Positions 1-12,372 of a DNA stretch of 33,200 bases are shown here, in pieces; position 1 is the stretch's first letter, and every line of letters starts with the position of its first letter. A model generated the notes under the pieces. That model made no database searches. It was not told the DNA's origin and saw only the letters and a list, made by a program, of their open reading frames with translations. Origin of the DNA: Trichoplax sp. H2 (lineage: Eukaryota); contig NOWV01000012.1 in the NCBI GenBank assembly GCA_003344405.1, positions 992,001 to 1,025,200 on the forward strand, read 5' to 3'. The position numbers and the translations under genes were made by a program.

Positions 1-405
1 TTCTGTCTTGGCCAATTACACTCATGTGTCGGTGCTTTGCGTCAAGTGTTGACTACAGAAAAGGACAGCTACAGACAGAGAGCCCTTGACGGACGAACAT
101 TGCGTACTTTTGCGTACGTTTACTGTACTGTATTGTAGTCATTGTACTGTAGTCCAGAAGCATGTCCCCATACCAATGCAGTACACTTGCATGGAGAAAC
201 TTTCCCTTCAATTTTATAAAGCTCTTCAGCGATGACGAAAGAGTTCAATGTTGCATAAAAGATGCCAATGGATATCCAATGAATTGCCGAGGCCATGATT
301 TCTGTCTTGGCGAACTACACTCATGTGTGTCGGTGCTTTGCGTCAAGCATTGACTACAGGAAAGGACAGCTACAGACAGACAGCCGTAGAGGGGAACATT
401 GCGTA
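1..405. repeat. Imperfect direct (tandem) duplication, period ~299 bp
   Basis: 1-105 (ttctgtcttggccaattacactcatgtgtcggtgctttgcgtcaag...aaggacagctacagacaga...gaacattgcgta) recurs with substitutions and small indels at 300-405. Confidence 0.9.
191..296 (-). CDS. EMC7: Probable first coding exon of ER membrane protein complex subunit 7 (partial; gene continues left of the window)
   Basis: Minus-strand ATG at 296 reads MASAIHWISIGIFYATLNSFVIAEELYKIEGKVSP: a signal-peptide-like hydrophobic stretch followed by YKIEGKV, like the (F/Y)xIEG(R/K) start of the EMC7 lumenal domain (family recalled from memory). The unspliced frame is 58 aa, so it is absent from the ORF track. The donor is uncertain: GC-type CAT|GCAAGT after 191, or TTG|GTATGG after 174. 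Confidence 0.55.
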
Positions 406-880
406 TAAAAACGTAGTCAAATAGTTGACCTAAAGACAGTCCTGGACTACTGGAAAAGAATCTCTTCTAGGCAACAGTCATGGACTACTGGAAAGAAGGA
501 AGAGGGAGAGCGACTGACTTGACTAGACTAGCGAGCGATGTGTAGGCCGACTGTTTTGACGGGTCAACTGTACTACAGTACTGACCAGTGTATAGTACGC
601 CGTTGCGGCTAGGTTGGTTTTGCACAGTAGAGTGTACAATGGCAGTCGTAGCGTCTAGTAAAATGACCTACCAAAATGTTGGGATAGGCATTTGCAGCAG
701 GTTCCCCATGTGTCCTATCAGTATGACGCGTCATTTGCCAAGGTCGTGGTACAGCGTACTGTACAAATACGAGCACTATACTGTACCGTATCGGACCGGA
801 CCGGACCGATCTGTTCCGTTCCGTACTGTCTGTGCCAAGCGTGTCTTCCTCTGTCTTAGCGTCCCATCAACTGTTCCAAC
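297..880. promoter_or_regulatory. Putative bidirectional promoter / 5' UTR region between divergent EMC7-like and SEC63 starts
   Basis: 584 bp separate the two divergent ATGs. The region is more GC-rich than the introns, has a short direct repeat (acagtcNtggactactggaaa at 436 and 474) and a pentamer array at 779-828. Confidence 0.55.
779..828. repeat. Degenerate pentamer array (tactg taccg tatcg gaccg gaccg gaccg atctg ttccg ttccg tactg)
   Basis: Ten consecutive in-register 5-mers, all ending in G and mostly NNC(C/T)G, about 50-100 bp upstream of the SEC63 ATG. Confidence 0.8.
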
Positions 881-3800
881 ATGGCAGGCGCAAAATTTAC
901 TTACGATGAAAGTGGCAATACGTTCTATTACTTTGCAACTTCCTTCTATTTAATGATATTAATCCCCTTGACATATTATTACCGCCCTAAGAAGGAAAAG
1001 AAAGGTAAGATTGCATTTCATGATGACTCCCCTTGCCATACTGCCATCATTCTTGCATGGTATCATTACACATGCTTGGATGGATGCTATGCTAACTACT
1101 CACAGGTGGAAAATGATATTCAATCAATCAATCAGTTCAAATACTCAGTAATAGGAATCAATAGTAGTATTTCTCATTTCAATTTGGCATCAACTTGCCA
1201 TCGAGGATACAGTTGGACATGGGTACACAGTATGTTTTATGTCCGATGTACTTGTAAGTAGACTACGTGCCGTCAACAAAGTACAGTACCCGTTATTCAT
1301 GAATTCTCATCATAATGGACGACTGCATTTCTCATTGGATTACGATTGAATCTGGTCAACAAATATTTTACTTTCAGTTTACTGGCTAACATAGCCATTT
1401 CTTGTACTAAAGGATAGTCATTTTATGAGTTATAAGTCCATTGCCATACACATGGATTGTATTACTAAGTTGACATATTCAATCCATACAGTTACAAGAA
1501 CGAAACCCAACTGTAGTAATTCATTCAATGATATAATTATACTTTCTTCTTAAAATCCAATGGAAGAAGATCGTGTATACTAGAACAGATCGACATTCAA
1601 TTCCTTTAGTAGTCACCATAATATCATTCTTTGCATGGACACTTGAAATAAATGTCTTACATAAAAATTTCTACTGGTTGATTTCAATTTGACAATACTG
1701 TAGTGGATGCTACTGTAGTAATCAAACGATAAATTGCATTTACTCAACGAGTAGAATGAATACTTGTTATAGTAGCCATGATCATTGGAGTATATCGACT
1801 TAAGCTGTATAGTAGCTCTTTCTATTGATAAAGCTATACTTTGTTGAAGATTTAAAACTTACATTGTACAGTATTACAGTCCTCTATCAAAAAAATAATT
1901 CAAATTCTGTCAAACTTGAAATTATAAAGAAACACCTACGCTACATTCATATTCTGAATGACATGGATTGACTACTCTGATATACGGTATATTCTACAGG
2001 AGATCAATCATGCTGATAGACTATATGTTTCTATGCTTGGATTGTATTAATACAGTATAATATGTTCATGACCAAGGTATTGGATCATTCCCAGGAAATA
2101 ACCGATTCCCGGAATTGATCGTAACATATATACTGTTATTACACAAGATGTACAACGTTCTTGGATCTTTCGTACGCTATCATGACCATCATGGCTTAGA
2201 AAGTGCTCACTGTAGCGTACATCTGACAGTATTCTGATATCGACAAATGATTTTATCTTCAATAACTAGGTGTATCGTTCCTGACATCATCATAATCCAT
2301 GCATTAGTACGATTGTAGATACAACGAATCATGAATTCGTAGGTTTACTAATATTATAAGGGTTGATCGATACGTACATTTCACATGATATTCACTTTCA
2401 TTTTATCGCCAAACCTACTTTAACGACCCATAGTATACTAACCATTAACAACCACACTTCCAATCGACCTTATACGAGTAGAATATTATACGCGTGTATC
2501 GACTGCAGTATTCCGCTATTCAATGGATCAGCATGATATACTATAGTAATTTAGTAATCCATGGATATATCAATATGTGTTATTTCGGACAAATCTAGGG
2601 CTAGTTTTTTTTGAATTCATCGTTTCTAGATATAGCCTTTGCTGACCGCATGTATCTACTTTCATCGTAGACCCTCTTTCATTTGTGCTACAGTGTTACT
2701 AGATAATGCTTTCCCGTTACTAATTGATCTTCTCAATTGAATAAGATTAATACGTCCCTGGATTGAAAACACCTTCATGATTCTTCACTTCTAGATGTAG
2801 TAGTATCTATCTTGCATCTTCTATGATAAACCACTCTTAGGTTACCTAACCCCAACCCTTACCGACTTACGGCTTTCTTTACTAATATAATTAGTCAAAC
2901 CTTATTAATATGATAATACTATACGCGTTTTATTAAATTAGTAGCTCGAAAGCATGTTTTATGTACATCTTTCACGATATAACGTTTATATCTGTAAATG
3001 TTAATAAATACTAATCATGGATTCATTGACTACGATAGATAGTACACAAGACGACAGTAATGATTGTCAATGTCACGGATGCATTGATAAACGTGCGTTT
3101 TTGAAGAAAACATCTCATAAAAAATCCAATCGTAAAATGTAAGTCTAATCTATACAAAGTTGAAAACTATTGCAATTGAATTCCCTGCTATTGAAATAGA
3201 CGCAATGTATATTCCCTACGAAATATTCTAATGAAGACCTTTATTTCATTAGATATATAATACTAGTTATTGCCTGGATTATAGCTGCTATCATCGTTTA
3301 TAAAGTGTCGTCAATGAAAAATGAGGCAGTGGCATTCGATCCATATGAAATACTAAAAATTAGTGAAGTAAGATCCACTGTATCGACATTGGGTTAACAT
3401 ATTACATGGTCGATCTTAGTAGCATTAGATTGATATAAGAGACTTCTAAAAGTCAATTTTTAAAAACTTATTGAGTGTGATAAAATTTCTTGTTATACGT
3501 AGACGTTATATCAATTTAGTAACTATATTTTGATATTTATTCTTTGAATCTCATGCGTCGGTTAAACAATCTTTATGCAATGTAAAACAATTTCTACGGC
3601 AGTATTATTAGCTTTTTGTCCTTACCTGATATCAATGTACTTGATTGTGTTTAACGATTGATATCAAATATTAAAGTTTCGGCTTATCATACTCGTATAA
3701 TTGCAATATCATCACTACGAACTTATGTAAGCCCTCTTGCTTTTTCTTTACAAACCTAGGGTGCAATGCAAGCTCAAATTCGAGCAGCTTATCGTACACT

Positions 3801-6800
3801 TAGTAAAATTCACCATCCTGACAGAGGTGGAGATCCAAAAAAATTTATTATGATTTCTCGTGCGTACAAAGCGTAAGTTTATGCAGATATTATCGCTTGC
3901 ATAATACTGATATTTTAACTAGACTAATTCTAACTTTCAATATTTCGTCAATGTTATCATGACTCCTTTAGACTAGCTAACGAAGAATCTCGTAAAATGT
4001 GGGAAGAATTCGGTGATCCCGATGGCCCTCGCGGTAATTTAACAATTTGATGACGCTGATAGAAAATATTGTACGAAATTTTATGTGTGATCAAACTTTT
4101 CGATGATGAGTATTCTCAATGACCCTTTTATTCAATCGTATATGTAATCAGAGATCAAGTTTGGTATCGCGTTGCCATCTTGGATTGTAGAAAAGAACAA
4201 TTCATGGATGGTAAATACTTCATTAAATTTCTCTACACCACATAAACTATGATAAATTAAAAACTTATTGGTTCCTGTAGTAATTTTTCATCTCTTTATT
4301 TGTAGGTAGTACCTTTTAACTTGCTAGTGATAAATCTAACTATTAATCATAAAAATGATTGATTGTTCCCTAAATTTTTTACAGATTGTTGCTTTCTATT
4401 TTATCGTATTCCTTGGTCTCCCTCCAGTTGGTTTGGTACGTAAACAGTTGTAATAGTTAGCTCCTCAAAGTTTTTTCTTTCGTTTAAATTGAATACAACC
4501 AATACAACTATTGTTATCTATTTTCGGCAATTGTAAATATTAAACTCTAATAATATATGGCTTAAACATTTAATAGTATTTTTGGTGGAGGCGTGCAGTT
4601 AAATATGGAGGCGATAAGGTTTATAGTGACACAGTAAAGCTTTTTACGTATCAAGTTCACAAAACTCATACCTTAGCAACGAGTCGTAAGTCAATTAATA
4701 TCTTGTTTGTGATCGCAAATATAATAACTATCTAGATTACTTTTAAAAATTATGGCTACTTCGTACTTCTTAGGTGCATTAATGGTTTTGAGTGCAGCTT
4801 TTGAATTCTGTGGAAAAATGAATCCGGATATTAAAGAGAGAGAATCAGATAATGAAGATTTATCTAAGGTTAGTTTAAAAACTATTTCGTGCGTATTCTT
4901 CTCAGATTTACTTTAAATTTAAACGAGGGAACTCTATCCTTTATAGCTTGTCAGTAAACTTGGTTCTGAAGTAAAGATCGGGTGTAAAGAACAGCTATTG
5001 GGAGCACCATATTCTGTAAAAACCCGTGCATTATTACTCGCACATATGCAAAAAATGGAACTTCCGAGCAAAAATTTAAAAAATGGTATTCGTCTCACTT
5101 TCAACTTTATTCATATAATTAGGTAGTTAATCTGGTTTATCGTTAAATGCAATATGATATTTGTCTCTAAGATTTAGAATATGTTCTTAAGAAGTGCCCT
5201 CTTCTCATTCGTGAATTGATCAAATCGTGCTGCTTTATTCACTTAGTACTATTGTATCAGCGTAAGTTAAAATTTATCATATTTTATCTAATTAGTATTA
5301 TCAAATACCAATTAATTTTTTAATGTATTTCTAGAAGGACAAGTTCGAAATGTCTTTTCGTCCATTGAAAATATTCTTAAATTAAGTCAATGCCTTATTC
5401 AATGTACATGGGGAGATTTACATCCCATGTTACAGATACCTCACTTGAAACGTGAGATGCTGAGGCATTTTCAAACCAAGAAGGTGTTATAATTACAAAA
5501 TGTTACAATATACTTGTATATACTCGTAGTTATGTAATATTAGGGCGAAAAACTAACGGGTGATACTCTATAAAATAGAGAAGTATAAGAACTATTACCG
5601 ATCTGGTTGCATTACCTGCTGAAGATCGAAGGTATTTATTCAAACACCTTTTATTATTCTTACTGAATGTAATATTAAATTTCTACATTAATTTTTTGCT
5701 TTTCAGATCTTTATTGAGAACTCTGACTGACCAAGATTACAACGACGCAATGAAATTTTGTGCCAATTTACCATACTTGAGTATAACTGTCGATACGAAA
5801 GGTTCACCAAATTTTTAAGTTGTCCTTAATTCATTCATGAAAGCTTCTTATTGATAACTGAAGTATAATACAGTTTTAGGAGAAAACATCGACTCTACTG
5901 TCATCACTACTAACTCAGTAATTACCTGTCAAGTATCGATTACTCGAAACTCTTACGAGAAGGTAGCTGATAATTACAAAATACGGTAGATGACGTACTT
6001 AATTGTAAACTGCTGTAGTAGTTACACGGTATCAAACAATTGTTTTACAGGAGTTATTTCATGAAGCAAATAAGGAAAAGAGTCTATCAGAAGAAATTGA
6101 AAATATTGGTCCAGATGATGAAGTACGATTTCACGCTAACTTTTTACCGCAAAATTTGTGAATTTTAGTAATAACGTGACAATGCACTTCTGTTACATTT
6201 TTTTTTTATACCTTTCAACAAAATAGAACGAAAAGAAGGACCGTAATGCTCCTATGCAAAATCATAATTCTCGAAAAAAGCAAGGCAAAAATAAGAAATC
6301 TCAGAAATTTCAGAAAGGGAAGAAACCGGCTCAAAAGAAAATTACGAAAAAAGTCGAAGAAATTTCTACAGTACAGGATGAAGAGAGTGAAAATGATAAT
6401 GCTGATGATGAAGAGGAGAATAAAAGTGATGCTGAATATAATTCTGATGATGACGATGTTGTAGCTAATGGTAAGGATGAGTGGGAAGTAAAAATGGAGA
6501 AGCGACACAAAGAATATTTATATGGCGATACGGTCCCTACTAGTCCGTTAGTTCATTGTCCATATTTTCCTGAGGTATTTATATCAATTATAAAGCTTTA
6601 GCGATATCTTATAGCTGATCGAAAGTGATCATTTTTAAATGACAGTATAAAATGCCACTTGCAGGAAAGACGAGAATCATGGTTTGTCTATCTCGCGGAC
6701 AAAAAACATAGCCAGTTTTTAACAGAAAGGACCTTTTCATTTGTTGACGATCTCGTCGATACCAAGGAGGTTAGACATAAATTTTGTTTAATTCAACAGG

Positions 6801-7261
6801 TGGTATTGTATTTGATTCTTCTAGCGCTATTTAACTAGATTATTTTTCGGTAATCAATTATTCTCCATCTCCTATCTCTTTGTAAAATTCTAATGCCTTC
6901 TTTCTCACATAATTAGCTTACATTTCAATTTCCAGCACCGCCAAATATTGGTTCTTATGGATTTTGCGTTGTTGTTCGATCCGATTGTTACTTAGATGTC
7001 GATAAACGTGTTTATCATACGGTTTGTTAAATAAATTATTTACTGCGGCATAAAGTAGACAAATGTTACTCAAAGAAAATTTAGGTAAAATTGGCTGCTT
7101 TTCGCTATCATAATACGTAGATTAATGTTGAAGCACCAAAAGAATCTCACATAGCTGAAGTGAGTGATTTGGAATCGGAAACAGAAAGCGAAAGCGAAGA
7201 CAATGGAGAAGATGTCACAGATTCGGGATCTGATGATTGGGACAATGAAGCTGAAGAGTAG
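881..7261 (+). CDS. SEC63: Translocation protein SEC63 homolog, 20 exons, ~737 aa
   Basis: Exons 881-1004, 3039-3138, 3253-3367, 3760-3872, 3972-4033, 4152-4210, 4385-4435, 4577-4685, 4774-4868, 4947-5085, 5172-5261, 5335-5483, 5579-5631, 5707-5801, 5874-5962, 6051-6122, 6227-6574, 6665-6769, 6917-7021, 7121-7261; all GT-AG, 2214 nt in frame. Motifs: N-terminal MAGAKFTYDESGNTFYYF, J-domain FDPYEIL...HHPDRGGD, GDPDGP, FGIALPSWIVEK, Sec63/Brl region (VHCPYFPE, SWFVYLAD, FPAPP...VRSDCY), acidic C-terminus. Confidence 0.97.
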
Positions 7262-7806
7262 AATAATATTGCTATTATGGATTTGAAGTACATTTTCAAG
7301 AATTGGTTTCATATATTGAACTCATATAGAAGCAGGCTTACCCTTTCATCAGATACTTTTATTTACATTTAATCGATTATAACGCACACATTTGATATAT
7401 TATTAATTTTTGCGTGTGCATATATTATGATATGTTGTAAGTCCGCTTATTTCTTCTACAACATGTATTACGACTGGTGTAAAACTTGTGTATTCATTAC
7501 TGTAAACGATAAAAGTATTACACCATTAAACAGCAGCTCAGGCGAATTTATGGAAAGATCGTGGTTTAAATATTACTAGATCATGTTATAACTTTTTAGG
7601 TCATTGCTAATTAATTAACATTGGCCATTTCGCGTATTTAGTACAATATGAACTTGCAGATTTAAGTAGTGAACTTTTGACCACTAGTGTGATTGCTACA
7701 ACTTCTATGGACCATTGGAAAGAGACCTGCTTTCTAGTAGTCTATGTGATTTTTAATCAACTCTTCTAACAAATTGAAAAATAAGTTGCCTTTATTGATG
7801 AATAAT

Positions 7807-10800
7807 TCATGAATTGAAATTAGCCAAAAAGGTTGATAGGTGAACGCTAAACTGTTGAAGCCAAATTTCTTGCTGTAAAGGTGTAGTAAAATTAGTACGC
7901 ATTTCGCTGGCTAACATATTTGGTTAATTTAAATAGAAAACTAACTTAATCAATATATCACAGCTGATGAAACCTACCGTATCGACTATCGTATTAGTTG
8001 TAGTATAACAGTTGCTAGATAACATCAAATCTGATTGTCCTAAATAATATGCGTTATGCAGGTTATGAGAATCCTAACAAGTCGCACGTTGCTTGTGATT
8101 ACGGTACACAAAGTTCATGTTTGAATTGATTGTATTATTATAGTTGCTTTCTGATATAGGGCAAGAAGCAGAATAATAATAACTTAAATGCTTACCATAC
8201 ATCGATAAGATGGTCTCTTCATTTAGCCATATGGCTAATATAACGTCCTCTTTGCAAACCTTACCGTCATCAATTACAGTATAATTGATGAATTTAATAA
8301 GATCTCTCAAGAATATGACCATTAGAACAAACTAACTGTAAAATCCCAAAACTAAGTTTTCATATACAGATTACATACTATTTTTCTGAGACACAGCTTT
8401 GCGTGAGCGACAGCCAAATTGCATCTGAAAATTAAAAAATATCTTATTTAAAGTATATTAAGTTATCATAACACGACAAAACGTAATCTAGGAATTAAAT
8501 AAAATATTTTATCAAAACTAAATCTGGTGGTATATAGTAAGAGATATTATATCGAACTTTACAATATACTGTAATCAACATAGTACCCACACGGTGTTAA
8601 TTGCATTTAACGGGAACGTTATGTTTAATTGGCAATCAAACAGAGATTGACGTCTTGCGAGGATATACTGCTCAACCAACGCTCTTGCATCATTAGGGAA
8701 TTGAACTTCAAATTCTGATGCTAAATTAATAAGCTATTACAAAATGTATTACGAATCGATCAGGAAAAGTCTTAATTCGTAAATATTGTGATAGAAATAG
8801 TCCGCCTTTTATTTGCACTACGGTGAATGTAATTTACTTTATTATTTTTTTTATGTAACACTAACAATCAGGTTCGCAAAACATAGACATAATCCACTTT
8901 TACGAAATATTAACATAACTATGTTATAGAAGCTGTAATATGCGTCATCATTCCATATTCAATACGCTATACTTTAGCTAAGGCTATTATATTAGCATCC
9001 ACAACTTTACCGTCGTATGCATTACCGTATTGTAATCGATCGGCTTAAGTCTGAATTGCTCACAGGAGTTGTTTGAAGTGACGACATTATTTGCTAGATC
9101 AATTCTTACACTTTTTGACCCCTCACATATAGAATCGTTGACCGGAATTACAAGATTAAATTGCCTAAAAGTGAAGTAAATCTGAGTAAGTAGACGTGAT
9201 CTTCATCGCTGGAACTTGCAGTGCCATCGTGATTGCGGTATATATAGTCAGCGGTGTTGAAAGTATACGAAACAAAACAGTGTTAGGCTACAAATTCCTA
9301 ACTGGTTATGAGAATAAAGATTGACCTACCTGACTAAGGATTCTGATATTCCAATTAATCTCTACGGAAATTATAGTACAGAACATCATAAAAATATCGA
9401 AACTTGCATACGCGTTTAATGCGGTATACGTATTTGAATACCGTTTAGATAGTTTATTGATTAGTCAAAGTTTCTAAAATTTTGCTTCTTACATTTGCTG
9501 AACTAGACCAAACTGTGCAAGCTAAAGGGTAAAGAATGTGTGTTTGCTTATCAGTAAGACATTCTCCTTTATACTTTCGTGGAATCTCGACAGTGATTGA
9601 TGAATCTTCCATCACTAAATAATATAAATTTCTGAAAATTGTGCAGATAACAAGCTCGATTCGAAATACTATGCAGTTTTAAAATTGCTAAACCTCAGTA
9701 TTACTTTTTGGACACTTAAATTACACAGCCAAAGTTTGAAGAAAGAATTTTATATGTATGATACGCTCTAGAACTTATTCAGCTGCTTGATGTGATTTAC
9801 CTTTCCATAAGGCTTCTTTGTCTTCCTTTCTTTGAAAGTTTAAGTCATACATCAAGCAAATACCTGAATCTGCTAATGCAAGTGCGCCAGCCCCTAAGAA
9901 TGACAAAACTTACAATATTTAGTAATTTTATAAGATACGCATAGTCTGCTAATAAAATTTCGAGCATGGCAATAAAATTATAGTACCGGGACATGCGTTA
10001 TGCGTATTTACCGTAGACCCAGTGATTATGATGATTATGCCAGGTGGTGGAAAAATCTGCAATTAGCTCTGTATTGGTTGTCTTATAAACTGCTCTAATA
10101 GGGAAGGTTTTGTTATATTAGCCATTTATTTTCATTTTATATAAGGATTATGTGTGTTATCTAACAATTACTGTGGTCAAAATGAAGTACACTGCAGTTT
10201 TTTAACTTTACTGTGTAAGATATCTAGGCAGGTGTTACCGTAAATACTTTCCATTCAACTAAATTTGGTTTCAGCTATATAAAGATGTTACAAAGTATGC
10301 TTGGTACAACATGTCTTTTATTTTATTTTATATTCCTGAACGTTAGTATTTAGACCAGACAATTCTATTATAAAATGATGTAATTATTCGTATACGTAAT
10401 TATCAATAATATCGACTATTGATCTTTATTTACACCATTTTCTATACTAAAAAATAAAATTTGCTTATACAGTTTTTTTAAGGGATCTTTGTTGCATACA
10501 ATCTATTAGCTAGATACAAAGATCAGGGCTTGCAGCGAATCTAGCCCCTCAATTCAACTGTCTACAGGTGTATATATATCATGACTACTCATATATGATA
10601 TGGCCACAATGTATGAAAGCTATAGAAAATTGCGGCACTCACCTCTCACCAAGTAGACTCCCAAGTTTAAAAAGTCTCTCAATGGCCAAAGAATTTTCAC
10701 CGACAGTTAAAATGTGCAATTTTGTTTTACTGTAAGAAATATTTTTAGACCAGCGGTGATCACTTCTGCTTGCAACTATACTGAGCAATATTCCGAGCTT

Positions 10801-12372
10801 TAACAAGAAGTAACTTCCACTTGGCGCGACATCGACTTTGGAGTAATTGACAATGCAGGTTTCGTTATACGCCGTAATCATCCGTACGCATATAGCTCAG
10901 TTAGTATGTTTAATTAACCTCCTACCTCCAAAGTCCAAGGACAGTTTAGCAGATAACCTCCATGGCGAATTGTTATATTCTAAAATGTATAGCGATTTAC
11001 AAACAGTTTAGGTTCAGTCAACCGGCAAATAAATTAAATATTAATATTTGCCCCTTTAATGTAAAATACGTAAAATAATACTGGAGGAAAAACACAAATT
11101 GTTGAAATCTGATTTCTGAACGGCATACAGCATAACAATCCTCATTACCTTTTTGAAGTTTCCAGATATTTGAATAAGGGTCACACAAAGTACGCGGAGG
11201 TACTGATACAGTTTTATTACAAACCTAACAAAGCAAATATCTAATTGTTATACTAAGTTTTAAAAATACCATACTGAGACAGTTTACATGAAAGAAGTGA
11301 CTCAAATTGGTAAATTTTCGTATCTTTGAACACTTCTAACCTGTACAGCCTGTAAATTTAAGGAAATAAAACATTTCAGAATCTATATGAGTTACTTTGA
11401 TGTTCTTCTATTTTCCTTAATGTTGTATAATGTTTGAAATCTAAAATATCCTGAGACTGGTTATGCTATCTATCATGTTATAATTAGCATTGTTACCTCA
11501 AACATCGGTTCTAACAATAACTTCTTATTAAAAGTAGAGATTGCATTTACGATTATGCCCGTAAACCTGTAACTACTACCTATCGTGATTTTCTTTATTA
11601 GATCATCTAAAAAGTAAATGCATAATGTAAAGCGAAACGTACGTACAAGAAGATTACGAGTGATCTATTAATTGAGTAAGTTATCATCAAAAGCTAGTAG
11701 AAACAGTGCCATAAATCGATTTTACATGAATGCCTAGGTTAAGTTGCATTACCTTTCAAGCAGATTTTCATAGCAGCTGAATAAGAAAAATCTTCTTTAA
11801 TCCCATTTAAATCCATGGATGTGGTAACAAATATTTTTAGTTCGTCTTCATTCATAAATAATAGCATTACCTTCTTGGTTTCACATGAACATACTTTATA
11901 TTTCAAGAAAAATTTGTTGATTGTACCAGCACCAACTTACAATTTATGTCATAAGTTAAGTTTAAAAGCTATATTGCAGTATCAATACTTATACTGCATA
12001 AGACATAATCGTAATGCAGTCAAACCACAAGGTGATGCTTCGAAACACTGTTCATACCTGATAGAATACGACTACTAATATCTTCTACTAATGAGCTGCC
12101 GCAAAATTTACATTTAAAATTGTTTCTGGAATAACGTGTTAATAGGAAATAACGTTAAGATGTAAATTACTGAGCAATTAAGCTGCGCATTGCTAAGACT
12201 TTTAGCAGTAATCAAAATGAAAAAAGATTAGCACAAAATGTATATCATAAGAAGAAGGTTACGCTACTTGATGATATCGCTATCTGTTACACCAATAGCA
12301 TAGAAGACGATATAGGAATGACAGCTCCATCCGGTGCATTGATTGTGGCTACATCTATATTTGGTACTATGA
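7807..12372 (-). CDS. MCMDC2: Minichromosome maintenance domain-containing protein 2 (meiotic MCM paralogue, degenerate ATPase); 5' exons unresolved
   Basis: Exons 5'->3': 12372-12268, 12125-12058, 11845-11753, 11606-11497, 11224-11149, 10979-10926, 10835-10643, 10094-10012, 9893-9801, 9614-9493, 9361-9330, 9164-9026, 8733-8591, 8424-8379, 8259-8196, 8039-7978, 7872-7807 (TGA). They splice in frame (~515 aa). Motifs: Zn finger CSHNQC...CKFCGSSLVED, SPWRLS, PSGSYFLLKLGILLS, AGALALADSGICLMYDL, VMEDSSITVEIPRKY...YPLACTVWS, AVAHAKLCLRK-VCKEDVILAIWLNEE, typical of MCMDC2 rather than MCM2-9. Confidence 0.88.

Noticed and set aside
162..353. 63-aa plus-strand ORF
   Set aside because: Antisense to the better-supported EMC7-like exon; no motif.
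588..953. 121-aa ORF upstream of and overlapping the SEC63 start
   Set aside because: Non-ATG start, out of frame with SEC63, and partly a translation of the pentamer array; no recognisable family.
1005..3038. Nested gene or snoRNA in the 2-kb SEC63 first intron (including ORF 2047-2262)
   Set aside because: No recognisable coding motifs; the ATGATGA at 1020 has no nearby box D; long first introns are ordinary.
6215..7312. Hydrophobic minus-strand ORFs 6215-6508 and 7070-7312, and alternate-frame ORF 6246-6464
   Set aside because: Shadow frames of the Lys/Glu/Asp-rich SEC63 exons.
10893..10910. tagctcagttagta, resembling a tRNA A-box
   Set aside because: No B-box or cloverleaf follows; it lies in a 90-bp MCMDC2 intron.
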